Of a DNA stretch of 36,715 nucleotides, positions 22,166-31,236 are shown one piece after another. This stretch comes from a virus (taxonomy: Duplodnaviria; Caudoviricetes). The notes below the pieces were generated by a model, which made no database searches, was not told where the DNA came from, and saw nothing but the letters and a program-made list of their open reading frames with translations. Numbering within the stretch: position 1 is the stretch's first letter; each line of letters opens with the position of its first letter. Both the position numbers and the translations under genes were made by a program. The stretch is from the IMG/VR virus record IMGVR_UViG_3300006123_000028, positions 1-36,715 of that record; one strand, 5' to 3'.

Positions 22166-23514
22166 TACGCCACCGCCACCAATCGCCACTTGGAGGTTTC
22201 AGAGTTCCAGATGAAGCCCACGTCAAGGCGAGCCGTTCCTGCGGTCGCCACGGGAAGCAGGACGCCACCGGAGGACTCAAAGGTGCCACCCCACGTCAGG
22301 CCGATGGAGGTCGTGCCGGTCATTGAGATTCGGAGCGTGTCGCCGTCCACGGGCGTCCCTGAGCTCGTGAACTGCACCGGCGTAGTGGACTGGCTGGTGA
22401 CGTGGTAGACATCAACGTTGTCGGTGTTGATTGCGTAGGACGAAGCGTTGGCCGTCGTCGAGGTCACTCGCTTGGTGATGCGCTTGTTCGTCAGAGTGTC
22501 GGTGGTGGCACGTCCGACCAGCGTGTCCGTCGAGGTCGGCAAGGTCAGCGTTCCGGAGTTCACGATGCTCGAGAAGTTGGGCGTGGTCAGGCTTGGGCTG
22601 GTGCTCAGCACGTTGGAGCCGGAGCCGGTTGTTGAGGTTGCTCCTGTGCCGCCGCTGGCGACGGGCAGCGTGTTTGCCATCTGTGCGAGGTCGGTGGTCA
22701 GGAAGCAGTACCAAATGCCGCCGGTGAAAACGAATGAGTAGGCGGCGTTGAGGGGGATTGTGTAGGGCGTGCTTGCTCCGTACACCGTGCCTGAGACCGA
22801 GATTGAATTCGTGCCGCCCTTGATGCTCACCGTGTAGGGCGACAAGTTCTTGATCTGGTAGAGCGCTCCGTTTTGCGGGCCGACTGGCAGGGTAATTGTC
22901 TGACCCGAGGTTCCAGTGGTGCCGTAAATCGTGAACTCGCCAACTCCTGCCGTTGCCGTTGCGGATCGGTTGACGAGCGAGTTCGGGATCTCGTTGGTCC
23001 ATGTGCCGGGTGTTCCCGCGCTCACGCAGACCCAGAACGTGCCGGTCTGGTCGGCCACGATGTCGCCAGCCGAGAACGTGCCGGTGCTAGGTGGGCCGGA
23101 GGTGGTGGTTCCAACAAGGCGGCTTGAGCTCGCGGTTGCTCCTGTGAGGCCGGTCACCTTTATGTCTGGCACCGAGACCTCGCCGGTGAACGTTGCGCCG
23201 GTTAGTGGTGCGAGCTGGCCGAGGAGGTTGGCGTCAATGGTCTGGGCAATTTGGTAGCCGGCGGTGATGCTTTGGGCGGTGGTGCCGTACTGGGCGCGCG
23301 TGATTGTGAAGGTGTCAGTGGCCACGGCGGTCACTCGAACGATTTCGGCGTTGGCGTTGGTCGGCTGAACTCCTGCCGGCCAAATCGTTGCGTCAAACGG
23401 TGCGGCTGGGAAGTAGGCGCCCTGCGTCGCTGTCACGGTCAGGCTGGTTCCGGACGTGGCCGGTGAGGGCGGCGTCGCAACAAGGCTGTAGGCGAAGTTC
23501 TTAAGGGCGTCCAC
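22165..23514 (-). CDS. Tail fibre protein
   Basis: EIVRVTAVATDTFTITRAQYGT N-terminus, LPVASGGTGA, TDTLVGRATTDTLTNKRI, GTPVDG..LRI. Confidence 0.8.
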   Translation of the reverse strand: MDALKNFAYSLVATPPSPATSGTSLTVTATQGAYFPAAPFDATIWPAGVQPTNANAEIVRVTAVATDTFTITRAQYGTTAQSITAGYQIAQTIDANLLGQLAPLTGATFTGEVSVPDIKVTGLTGATASSSRLVGTTTSGPPSTGTFSAGDIVADQTGTFWVCVSAGTPGTWTNEIPNSLVNRSATATAGVGEFTIYGTTGTSGQTITLPVGPQNGALYQIKNLSPYTVSIKGGTNSISVSGTVYGASTPYTIPLNAAYSFVFTGGIWYCFLTTDLAQMANTLPVASGGTGATSTTGSGSNVLSTSPSLTTPNFSSIVNSGTLTLPTSTDTLVGRATTDTLTNKRITKRVTSTTANASSYAINTDNVDVYHVTSQSTTPVQFTSSGTPVDGDTLRISMTGTTSIGLTWGGTFESSGGVLLPVATAGTARLDVGFIWNSETSKWRLVAVA

Positions 23515-23517
23515 TGG

Positions 23518-23604
23518 TTAGTCCTCTTTCGGTTCTTCTTGGTCTGGCATCGTCCACGTTGCGTGCGCGATCGCCGTGAAGCTGACGGCGGCTTCTCGGA
23601 TCAT
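23518..23604 (-). CDS. 28-aa micro-ORF (MIREAAVSFTAIAHATW...)
   Basis: TAATG overlap; its end supplies the GAGG RBS of the tail fibre gene. Confidence 0.5.
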   Translation of the reverse strand: MIREAAVSFTAIAHATWTMPDQEEPKED

Positions 23605-23984
23605 TACGAGAAGGAGACCGTGACGGCGCCGGTGGCCATGTTGATTGAAATGCCGGCAGGCAGCGAGCCCGTCAGCCCGGTGGTGGTGCCGCCGCCGATG
23701 TAGGTGCCGCCCGAGGCTGCGGTCCACACGCCAAAGTAAGTAAAGCCGGAAGCCGAGGCGGGCATGTTGGTGAATGTCTGACTGTCGGTCGAGACCTCTT
23801 GGCCGTTGGTTGCCGTTCCAAAGATCAACGCTTGGCGAGCGTAGGTCGAGCCGCCGGTGTTGGTCACTTCGTTGGCTCCGTTCTGACCGGGCGTTGCGGT
23901 GTGAAGGCTCAGGTAGTAGGTGGTGCTGGGAACGTAGACCGCGGCGACGGCGGTGTTTTCTGATGCTACGGCGAGTAGTGCCAT
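23604..23984 (-). CDS. Small virion structural protein (tail-fibre-associated)
   Basis: YLSLHTATPG..GANEV..GGSTYARQ...TF.....YFGVW.AASGG.Y pattern. Confidence 0.8.
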   Translation of the reverse strand: MALLAVASENTAVAAVYVPSTTYYLSLHTATPGQNGANEVTNTGGSTYARQALIFGTATNGQEVSTDSQTFTNMPASASGFTYFGVWTAASGGTYIGGGTTTGLTGSLPAGISINMATGAVTVSFS

Positions 23985-23987
23985 TGG

Positions 23988-24359
23988 TTAGTCCTGTTCT
24001 TGGTGGTCTGGGTAATGCATAATCTCGAGGTCGGTTTCGACCCGAGTGATTAAGTCTTTGAGCTCCTCGAATTGGTTTGTCTCCATTGCGAGGATTTTGC
24101 GGATCACTGCGGCGTCGGCTCGTGTCTGCTGATACATCGAAATGCCCACAACGCTCTCTATAAATAATGCCATGTATGAAGCCCAAGCGTTCCACCATCC
24201 GAGTTCGCTCGGGTGGCTCGCGCCGTAAATCCAGCAGGCCACGCTGATGGCCGTGATGGTCAGAATGAACCACCAGTGACGGATGGCGCTCTGGATTTTC
24301 CAGCTGACGTGCTGGCCGAAGCTGATGTCTTCTCCCGTGATTGGGTGCTTGTGGCTCAT
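23988..24359 (-). CDS. Membrane protein (DUF1003-like) in the lysis module
   Basis: SFGQHV......IRHWWFI, NAWASYMALF; two TM segments. Confidence 0.75.
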   Translation of the reverse strand: MSHKHPITGEDISFGQHVSWKIQSAIRHWWFILTITAISVACWIYGASHPSELGWWNAWASYMALFIESVVGISMYQQTRADAAVIRKILAMETNQFEELKDLITRVETDLEIMHYPDHQEQD

Positions 24360-24676
24360 AGTCCTTTGTGCGCTCCGAGGTGCTTGTCGAGCTCGGTCTT
24401 CACGTCGTCGAGCTTGTTGTCAAGCTTGTTGATTGACGCCTCAATCCGGTTGATGGCGTCTCGCATCGAGCTGCCGCCGTTGGGCTTGTACTGCTTCTTG
24501 ATTTCTTCAATCTGCTGCTCGAGGTTGGTCATCGCTACGGCGGCCACCTTGTGGTGCCACCACTTGATGAATTCGTTAACCGTCTTGATGGCGCCAAAGG
24601 CGATGCCGACGAGGAAGCCGAGGCTGACGATTAATTGAACCCAGAAGTTAAAGGTGTTGAGGTTCGCGATCATCAT
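24356..24676 (-). CDS. Membrane protein following the endolysin (holin-associated)
   Basis: N-terminal TM, PNGGSSMRDAINRIE motif, coiled coil. Confidence 0.8.
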   Translation of the reverse strand: MMIANLNTFNFWVQLIVSLGFLVGIAFGAIKTVNEFIKWWHHKVAAVAMTNLEQQIEEIKKQYKPNGGSSMRDAINRIEASINKLDNKLDDVKTELDKHLGAHKGL

Positions 24677-25359
24677 TTTTCGGGTCCCTTAACAATCGTC
24701 TCGGCGATGTGCTCAATCTCCTTTAGAAGCGGCCAGCCGATTGTGGCCGGTGATGTAGGGGCGAACTGCTGTTCGGGGTGCGTTGGGGCAGGAGTGGGCG
24801 CAGGAGCCGTGTGAGGGGCTTCTGGGGCTGTCTGGTGGACTTGTAGCGCAGTCTTGTGGAGGTCTGGCGTGGCGACCTTGTTGACCGTGAGCTGCGCTGG
24901 GGTGCGGAGCGTTCCCTCGGTCTTAAAGCGCAGGTAGCGCTGGGGCTGGCGCCCGTCTTGGCTCACTCGAACGTAGGACGGGTCTCCTTGCTGGCCGTGG
25001 CTGATGGTCAGCGGGTCTTCTCCTGCTTCCACGATTAGGGCTGTGTGCCAGCCGGTGCCGGGTCCATAAACGATGGCGTCTCCGGGCTCAATCAGCGATT
25101 TGGGGATCTCGGTGCCGATGCTGAGCTCGGTGCCGGTGTATCCCTCGTGGCTCGCGTAGTTGCGGTTGGTTGGATCGGGTGCGCCGGCGAGCCAGAAGCA
25201 GAGCGTAATGAAGCCGGAGCAATCCGTGTTAATTGGAAACTTGGGCGGCCAAATGCCGACGGCGTTGAGGCGGTCGGTGCCTTCGCTGTAGTTGATCTGC
25301 GCCTTGTGCTCCATGAGCCACTTGGCCCACTCGACGATGGCGTTGCGTGTGTCTGACAT
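24673..25359 (-). CDS. Endolysin, NlpC/P60 peptidase
   Basis: DCSGFI, GYTGT, PGDAIVYG....HTALI, SHG; Pro/Ala-rich linker and amphipathic tail. Confidence 0.85.
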   Translation of the reverse strand: MSDTRNAIVEWAKWLMEHKAQINYSEGTDRLNAVGIWPPKFPINTDCSGFITLCFWLAGAPDPTNRNYASHEGYTGTELSIGTEIPKSLIEPGDAIVYGPGTGWHTALIVEAGEDPLTISHGQQGDPSYVRVSQDGRQPQRYLRFKTEGTLRTPAQLTVNKVATPDLHKTALQVHQTAPEAPHTAPAPTPAPTHPEQQFAPTSPATIGWPLLKEIEHIAETIVKGPEK

Positions 25360-25367
25360 GGTTCTCC

Positions 25368-25841
25368 TTAGTTGATGCCGATCACGGTGATGGTTCCAAA
25401 TGAAGCATGGAACGTCCCGCTTTCGGCTTTGGCGAAGAGGTAAAGGTTAAACGGTTGAATGCTGCCGGGCGTGGCAACGAGCGAGCCAGAGAACGAGCCG
25501 CCGCTGGTGGTGTAGTAGGCGGTGCGGCCCGGACCAATGGACGGCGTGGCGCTGTCGTAGCCGAGCTGCACGTCGAGGTAGGTGCTGGTGCTCGGGAGCG
25601 TGTTTCCGTTCCCGAATGACCACAGCACAAGGTAGGTGGTGAAGCCGCCCGCAACGCCGAAGCCCGAGCCGCCGGTGTTATCGAGCGACTGCACCACGGT
25701 GTAGGTGGTGCCGATTGAAATGTTTGAGTTGCCGTCGGTGCCTGAAGTCCAGACGTTGTTCTGTCGCCAGAACGAAGCGTCCGACCCGTCGCCGAGGGCT
25801 GCCAGCTGCGCGCCGTATTGCGTGGTGTTGCGGATCGTCAC
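25368..25841 (-). CDS. Minor tail protein
   Basis: Beta-rich, GTGA-coupled to the large tail protein. Confidence 0.7.
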   Translation of the reverse strand: MTIRNTTQYGAQLAALGDGSDASFWRQNNVWTSGTDGNSNISIGTTYTVVQSLDNTGGSGFGVAGGFTTYLVLWSFGNGNTLPSTSTYLDVQLGYDSATPSIGPGRTAYYTTSGGSFSGSLVATPGSIQPFNLYLFAKAESGTFHASFGTITVIGIN

Positions 25842-28120
25842 GAGATGCTCCCGTCTCCCCTTACCGGGTAAGGGTCAAGGATTAAGTGAGTGTGCCAAGT
25901 GCCGGGCTCGGCGTTGAACTCGTGTCCGATGCTTTCGATGGCCATTGGTCGGTTGATGATTCCCGATCCTGCGGCGTTGGGTTGCGTGCGCTGGAACTGC
26001 AGCACGTCGCCAAATTTCAAGGCCAGCATGAGCTGGAGGTTGTAGCCGACGACTCCGGCAACGACCGCCTCGCTGGTGAGCGTCACGCTGTTCACGCGGG
26101 GCAGAGGAGCCTTGTAGAGGTAGGCGAGGAAGTAGGCGCTCGAGAGCGCGTCTTGGAGTGACGATGAAACCGTCGAGCTCTTGCTGAGCGTCGAATATCC
26201 CCAGCGCGGTTCGTTGGCTGTGTACTCGAAGATTTGATCCACTCCGGACTGCGGCGTGATGCGCACCGTTGTCCAGAGGTCGGTGTCGTCCTGTATCACT
26301 TGGAGCCCTTGCACGTCGTAAGGGTAGCCGTTGCCGTTGTCCGAGATGGTGCTCGGGTTGTAGGTGCCTTGCGTCCAAGTTCCGATGCTGGCGCTCGGTG
26401 GGGTGGCGTAGGTAAACGACCAAGTGCCGTAGTAATTCTGGGGCAGGAAGTAGAACGTGCCGTCCGGTCCCTGAAAGAACGACCCGATGTCGGTGTCGGT
26501 AATCTGCTGGATCAAGTCGAGCGCCGTCGAGCTGTCAATTGGCGAGTCCCAGTAGTAGGGCTCCACCGAGGCGTATCCCTTGTAGGTCGCGGAATTGTAG
26601 GCGACGTAATTTTGGTAGCCGCTGGCGATGTAGAAACCGGGCACGCTCACCGTGGCAAGCGCCGAGCTCGTGCCGCCGGTAATGGATCCGAAGCCGGCCA
26701 ACGTCAGCACCTCGGCGATGCGGTCTCCCGAGGACACCTTTGTGGCGTTCACTGGAAAGCCGAGCTGCAGAATGGTGCCGGCCTTGTAGCGCTGCTGTAT
26801 CTCTTGGGCAAGCGTGCTCAGGCTGCTGAGGTTGCTCACCACAATCTCGTCGATGTAGCCGTTGTAGGCGTAGGTGCCTCCTCCTGTGGCGCCAACGTTC
26901 AGGCCGCCGGAGACGAGGTTCAGGTATGTCCCCGTCAGGCTGGTGGGGAAGAACTGGCCGTCGCAGTAGAGGTTAATCGTGCCGGTGCTTCCGGATCCGA
27001 TGACCGCCAGCCCGACGTGGTGCCAGTAGCCGTCGTTCACCTTCGGCTCGCCGGAGATGGAGACGGGCGTCCCGTTCACGGCGATGCCGATGTAACCGTT
27101 GGCGTTAATAATCAGGCTGACGTTGTTGGTGCCGGATCCGCCGTAGTTGGTGTAGAGCACGGTGTTGCCGTTGGTCTGCTGGCCGAGGATCCAGAAGTCA
27201 ATGGCGCCGTAGTTGGGGCTCGAGAACGTGGGCACGATGTTGATCGCGCCTGATGCCACGTTTCCTTGTCCCGACAAGTCCGCGCATCCGTCGGTGTCGT
27301 AGATGAGGGTGCCGTGGCTCGGGTATGAAACGCGCCCGCTGAAGGTTCCGTTTTTGCCGCCGACGTAATCGTAGGCCGTGGTGATGTAGGCCACTCCTGC
27401 GGAGTTTGAAGACGCGCCCGAGGTGGTGCTCACTCCTGTGACCGTGAACGAGGTAGCGTCGGCTGCCGAGATGTAGGCGTTGGTCTGGTTGAGCGTGGAA
27501 AGCCCGGCGAGCCCGATCACCGTTGCGTAGGATCCGACCGCGAACGTTCCGTTCGTGTTAATGGTTTGGTATTTAATCGACGAGCTCGAAAGCGCCGTAG
27601 CTGCGGTAACGGTGGCTGCGGTGTAGTTCGAGCATCGGTACCAATTCGTGACCGAGGTCGAGGTGGCGTACTTCTTCCAGAACGACGGGCGATAAAGGTA
27701 TTTAAGCGAAAGGTATTTGAGCAGGTCGCTTGCCTCAACGTCAAGGTCCGAGTTCAAGGCGTCGGCGAGGCGCTCCGTCACCGAGTCAATGATTCCGTAG
27801 AAAACGTCGTAGTCGGCATACCAGTTTGCGGTGATCGCAATGGGCAGCCGTGGTCCAATCACGTTGGGCGAGCCGTTGAAGAAGCCGTCTCGGTTGTTGA
27901 GCGTCATCTTCAGCGTGGTGGCCTCGATGCGGTCAAGGTAGTGCTGCTTTCCCGTCTTGGTGGTGAAGTCTCGCAGGTAGACCGAAGCGTCAGTCCAGTA
28001 GTTCACGCCGCCGTATTGCTGGACGAACGAGACCTGATTGGCGGTCGCAAGCGTGTTGCCGCCCAGCGTGGGATTGAAAGCGATGTAGACCTTGATTGCT
28101 GGAAGCGAGTTCAGCGTCAT
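25838..28120 (-). CDS. Large minor tail protein with a LamG/ConA-like lectin domain
   Basis: LNNRDGFF N-terminus; VNDGYWHHVGL, LYCDG, YNGYIDEIVV; C-terminal IESIGHEF....W.T.L.LDP. Confidence 0.85.
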   Translation of the reverse strand: MTLNSLPAIKVYIAFNPTLGGNTLATANQVSFVQQYGGVNYWTDASVYLRDFTTKTGKQHYLDRIEATTLKMTLNNRDGFFNGSPNVIGPRLPIAITANWYADYDVFYGIIDSVTERLADALNSDLDVEASDLLKYLSLKYLYRPSFWKKYATSTSVTNWYRCSNYTAATVTAATALSSSSIKYQTINTNGTFAVGSYATVIGLAGLSTLNQTNAYISAADATSFTVTGVSTTSGASSNSAGVAYITTAYDYVGGKNGTFSGRVSYPSHGTLIYDTDGCADLSGQGNVASGAINIVPTFSSPNYGAIDFWILGQQTNGNTVLYTNYGGSGTNNVSLIINANGYIGIAVNGTPVSISGEPKVNDGYWHHVGLAVIGSGSTGTINLYCDGQFFPTSLTGTYLNLVSGGLNVGATGGGTYAYNGYIDEIVVSNLSSLSTLAQEIQQRYKAGTILQLGFPVNATKVSSGDRIAEVLTLAGFGSITGGTSSALATVSVPGFYIASGYQNYVAYNSATYKGYASVEPYYWDSPIDSSTALDLIQQITDTDIGSFFQGPDGTFYFLPQNYYGTWSFTYATPPSASIGTWTQGTYNPSTISDNGNGYPYDVQGLQVIQDDTDLWTTVRITPQSGVDQIFEYTANEPRWGYSTLSKSSTVSSSLQDALSSAYFLAYLYKAPLPRVNSVTLTSEAVVAGVVGYNLQLMLALKFGDVLQFQRTQPNAAGSGIINRPMAIESIGHEFNAEPGTWHTHLILDPYPVRGDGSIS

Positions 28121-28344
28121 GAAATCCTGCGCTTGGTGGTCGGGGCAGGCTTAGGGCGCTGGGCGTTCGGCCCGTAGAGGTTGCCCATCGTGCGCGCCTG
28201 CTTGGTTTGAGCGATGCGGATCTCATTGGCGACGGCCTTGATGAATGCCGGGTTTGACAGCAGCGCTTGGGTGATCACGGCGATGTCGAGTTCAATCGTC
28301 CAGTCCGTGTCGTCGTTCATGAGGTTGGCATCGAAGCTTGGCAT
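28117..28344 (-). CDS. Small protein downstream of the tape measure
   Basis: Overlapping stop and start codons at both ends. Confidence 0.7.
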   Translation of the reverse strand: MPSFDANLMNDDTDWTIELDIAVITQALLSNPAFIKAVANEIRIAQTKQARTMGNLYGPNAQRPKPAPTTKRRIS

Positions 28345-30164
28345 TAGCGGGTCACCTTAACTCGCACTGTGTGCTTGGTCGGCTTGGTGATGTTGTGTCC
28401 CATTGCCCATGTCTGCTCGGCTACGCCGGTTTGCGGCGTCCAGCCCGATGACATGCGGCCACGACCCTCGACTTCCATGATTGCGCCCGTCTTGTTGTCG
28501 ATGACGAACTGCTGGCCGAGCGCCGACTGCTGGGAGATTTGCTTCATGATTTGGGCGGCTGCTGGTCCCTTGTAGAACTGCTTGACCAGGGCGGCGGTGA
28601 TGTCTCGGTTGTTGCCCTTTGTAAGTTCGTATCCGAGGGCGAATGTGCCGATGCCGGCTGCGACAACTCCTGCCGCCGTAAGCCCGAGGGCGGCGCCTGC
28701 GACCGCTTCAGTGCCTCCTGCGCCTGCGCCAAGTCCAGCGCTACCGACCTCGCCGAGGCCCGTGCCAGAGATGCCACCCTCACCTGCCATGATTGCGGTG
28801 TTGTCGGCGATGGCGGTCAGCAATGCGATTTGTGATGCGCCCTGCTCCGCTGTGATGACTCCCTTAGTGGCTCCGAACAGTTTTCCAAGACCGGGGATTG
28901 CCTTGAGCGCATCTCCGAGGAACGGAATTTTGCCTAGAGCGCTGGTCAGTTTGAACGCGAGCGAAGCGGCAAAGAGGGTAAGCGCTGTGTCTGACGCGAT
29001 TGATTTCAACAGCGGGTGCTTGCCGAAGTAGGACACGGCGCTCTCGGCAAACTTGGCGATGTCGCCGACTGTCGGAAGCAGCAGCAGGCCGATGCCCTTG
29101 AGCGCGTTCTCGGCTTGCGTCTTAAGCTGCTCGAGTTGGAAGTTGAGCTGCTTCTGAGTGATGCCAAACGCTGACGCCAATCCTGCGCCTGATGCGCCTC
29201 CCAGCGTTTTGACCGTCCCCTTAAGCTCGTTGAGGTGGTTGGTCAGGTCGGTGACCAGTCCGATTGACGACGCTCCGAAGGTGCCTTGTATCAAGGTATT
29301 CATGGCCGTGCCGGTGCGCTTGGAGTACTGCTCCAAATAACCGAGCACGTCAATCAGGCCGGTGCCGGGGTGCCGCGCAATCGAGGCGAGGGTCTGGGCG
29401 TTCAGTCCGAGCTTGGCCATTGATTTGGTTGTTGCGCTCGTTGGGCTCTCGAGCTTGTTGAGCCCGGTGGCAAGTTGGACGAAGACGCGCGACTGGTTGT
29501 AGCCGGCCTTTGATGCCACGTCGGAGACCGCGGCGAGCTCGGCGAGGCTGACGTGCGCTGCGGCGAGTGCTCCTCCGACTCGGCCCGTCAATGCGGCGGT
29601 GATCTGGTCAAGCGAGCCGACGTGCTTCTGGTTGGCAATGACCAGCATGTCGGTCACTTGGGCGAGGCTCATGCCCTTCGTAATCTGGAGCTCCTGCACG
29701 CCGACGATTGTCTTGGCGATTGAGCTCACGTCGCCGCCGGTGATGGCGGCTGCCTTTGCTGCGTCGCTCACCAGTGCGTAGGCTTTGGATCCTCGAATGC
29801 CGGCCTTCTCCACTTGGAGGAAGGCGTCGGCAATGTTCTCCGAGCTGATGGCGGTCTGGTTTGAGGTTTTGAGGATTGCGTTCTTTAGGAATTCGATTTC
29901 CGACGATGATGCGCCGGCTTGGTTGCGGATCTTGTCGAGCGCTTCGTTGTATTTAATCGCGCTGTCGACGCCGTAGGCGATCATGGCAGTCCCGGTCGCG
30001 GCGATGGCGGTCGCGGCGGTGCTGGCGAACTTGTGGAACTTGCCGCCGGCTGCGTCAGCCGAGAGCCCGAACTTTGCCATCTGGTGCTCGGCTTCGCGCA
30101 TCTTCGCCATGTACTCCTTTGTGTCGGCGAGGAGCGTGGCGATTACTGGTGGCAAGAGTGGCAT
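28344..30164 (-). CDS. Tape measure protein (short, 606 aa)
   Basis: MPLLPPV...L.AD start, Ala/Gly/Leu-rich helices, LESPT...MAKLGL; position after the chaperones. Confidence 0.9.
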   Translation of the reverse strand: MPLLPPVIATLLADTKEYMAKMREAEHQMAKFGLSADAAGGKFHKFASTAATAIAATGTAMIAYGVDSAIKYNEALDKIRNQAGASSSEIEFLKNAILKTSNQTAISSENIADAFLQVEKAGIRGSKAYALVSDAAKAAAITGGDVSSIAKTIVGVQELQITKGMSLAQVTDMLVIANQKHVGSLDQITAALTGRVGGALAAAHVSLAELAAVSDVASKAGYNQSRVFVQLATGLNKLESPTSATTKSMAKLGLNAQTLASIARHPGTGLIDVLGYLEQYSKRTGTAMNTLIQGTFGASSIGLVTDLTNHLNELKGTVKTLGGASGAGLASAFGITQKQLNFQLEQLKTQAENALKGIGLLLLPTVGDIAKFAESAVSYFGKHPLLKSIASDTALTLFAASLAFKLTSALGKIPFLGDALKAIPGLGKLFGATKGVITAEQGASQIALLTAIADNTAIMAGEGGISGTGLGEVGSAGLGAGAGGTEAVAGAALGLTAAGVVAAGIGTFALGYELTKGNNRDITAALVKQFYKGPAAAQIMKQISQQSALGQQFVIDNKTGAIMEVEGRGRMSSGWTPQTGVAEQTWAMGHNITKPTKHTVRVKVTR

Positions 30165-30167
30165 ATC

Positions 30168-30638
30168 TTAGGCTTCCTGAGCTGCGGTGAAAATGCTGTG
30201 AGCGAGGGTGCGCAGTCGTTCTTCTGCGTTCTTGGTTCCCATCTCCATGAATGGGAATGCGGGGCTGGTGATGTGCACGGATCCGAATTCAACCGCTGCG
30301 GCGTAGGGCGTGCTCGGGCCGGTGCCTGATTCCCACCGACCGGGTGCTACTTGCTTGGCGTAGCGGCGACGGATCGAGCTGCGCGTGTTGCCGGTGCGAA
30401 TAGTCGGCATGGGGCGCTGCGCCTTCCACGGTCCGTCTCCCCTGTAGTAGACCTTGCCGGTCTTCTTGGAGACTGAACGGGAGCCGGATGGTCGAGAGCG
30501 CCATTGTTGCTTTGCGCTGTCGCCGATGATGTCGGCGCCTCGCGTCACGAATTGCCGCGCGGCTTCGTTCATGGCTTCTGTGCTCGCCTTTATTGCCGAG
30601 GAGAATTCCACTTCTCCAGTAATCAAAACCTCAGCCAT
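30168..30638 (-). CDS. HK97 gp10-like tail completion protein
   Basis: Start re-called at ATG 30638 after AGGAGG; PTIRTGNTRSSI, YAAAVEFG, PAFPFM. Confidence 0.8.
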   Translation of the reverse strand: MAEVLITGEVEFSSAIKASTEAMNEAARQFVTRGADIIGDSAKQQWRSRPSGSRSVSKKTGKVYYRGDGPWKAQRPMPTIRTGNTRSSIRRRYAKQVAPGRWESGTGPSTPYAAAVEFGSVHITSPAFPFMEMGTKNAEERLRTLAHSIFTAAQEA

Positions 30639-30837
30639 TGGCGACCTCCTGCTCAATGCGTGAAATGGCCAGCAGCCAGTCGGTGATCTGACGGGGCTGG
30701 TCCATAAACTCGGCGTGCGTGCTGCCGTAAATCTTTCTAAAGCGGTGCTCCCGGTAAAGTCCAGCGAGCTCGTTGTCGACCTCGGTGGTCTTGCCCTCGA
30801 GGGCTGCCCTTAGTTTTGCGAGTCGCTGGTAGGGGCT
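30631..30837 (-). CDS. Tail assembly chaperone, -1 frameshift extension (gpGT-like)
   Basis: The -1 frame from the slippery site is open to TGA 30631 (SPYQRLAKL...EFMDQP..ITDWLLAI) and has no RBS/start of its own. Confidence 0.8.
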   Translation of the reverse strand, partial: SPYQRLAKLRAALEGKTTEVDNELAGLYREHRFRKIYGSTHAEFMDQPRQITDWLLAISRIEQEVANG

Positions 30838-31220
30838 TTTGGGTCTATCGCGGGCTCCGTGCTAATCGTGGATCCGTTGAACTCGTCCCCGCATGCCGAG
30901 GCCAGCGCGTCAAACGTGGCTTTTGGCAAATCCAGCGCGGTCTCCAACGTTGGCAGTTCGCCAATTGTCCACTGCTTGACCAGCCCGACGATGAGCTGCG
31001 CTTGGTAGCCGTTCAGGGCTTGCTGGTCCTCCTCGGTCAAAGCGGCGAACGCCGACCACGTTGTCGGGTCCGTGTCGTCAAATCCGAGCGAGGCGAGCTT
31101 GGCTGCCGTTGCTGCGGCTTCCATGTAGGCGCGGCTAATCGCTCGCGACGTGCGCTCGGTGATTTCTTCTCGCCCGGCAATGACCGCGCTCTGGTTGTTG
31201 GGTAGTTGGATAAGTGGCAT
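30810..31220 (-). CDS. Tail assembly chaperone (gpG-like)
   Basis: Follows the major tail gene; LVKQWT...LP......LDLP...FDAL; slippery site. Confidence 0.85.
   Translation of the reverse strand: MPLIQLPNNQSAVIAGREEITERTSRAISRAYMEAAATAAKLASLGFDDTDPTTWSAFAALTEEDQQALNGYQAQLIVGLVKQWTIGELPTLETALDLPKATFDALASACGDEFNGSTISTEPAIDPKAPTSDSQN
30837..30843 (-). other. -1 programmed frameshift heptamer C CCA AAA
   Basis: In frame at ...DPK, near the end of the chaperone gene, the canonical location. Confidence 0.85.
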
Positions 31221-31236
31221 GTTCCCCTTCTTTGCT

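Noticed and set aside
23512-23994. Repeated GGACTAACCA(A/G)TG at two gene junctions as a regulatory repeat
   Set aside because: Explained by SD plus stop codon plus an A/C-rich spacer, a composition seen at other structural gene junctions.
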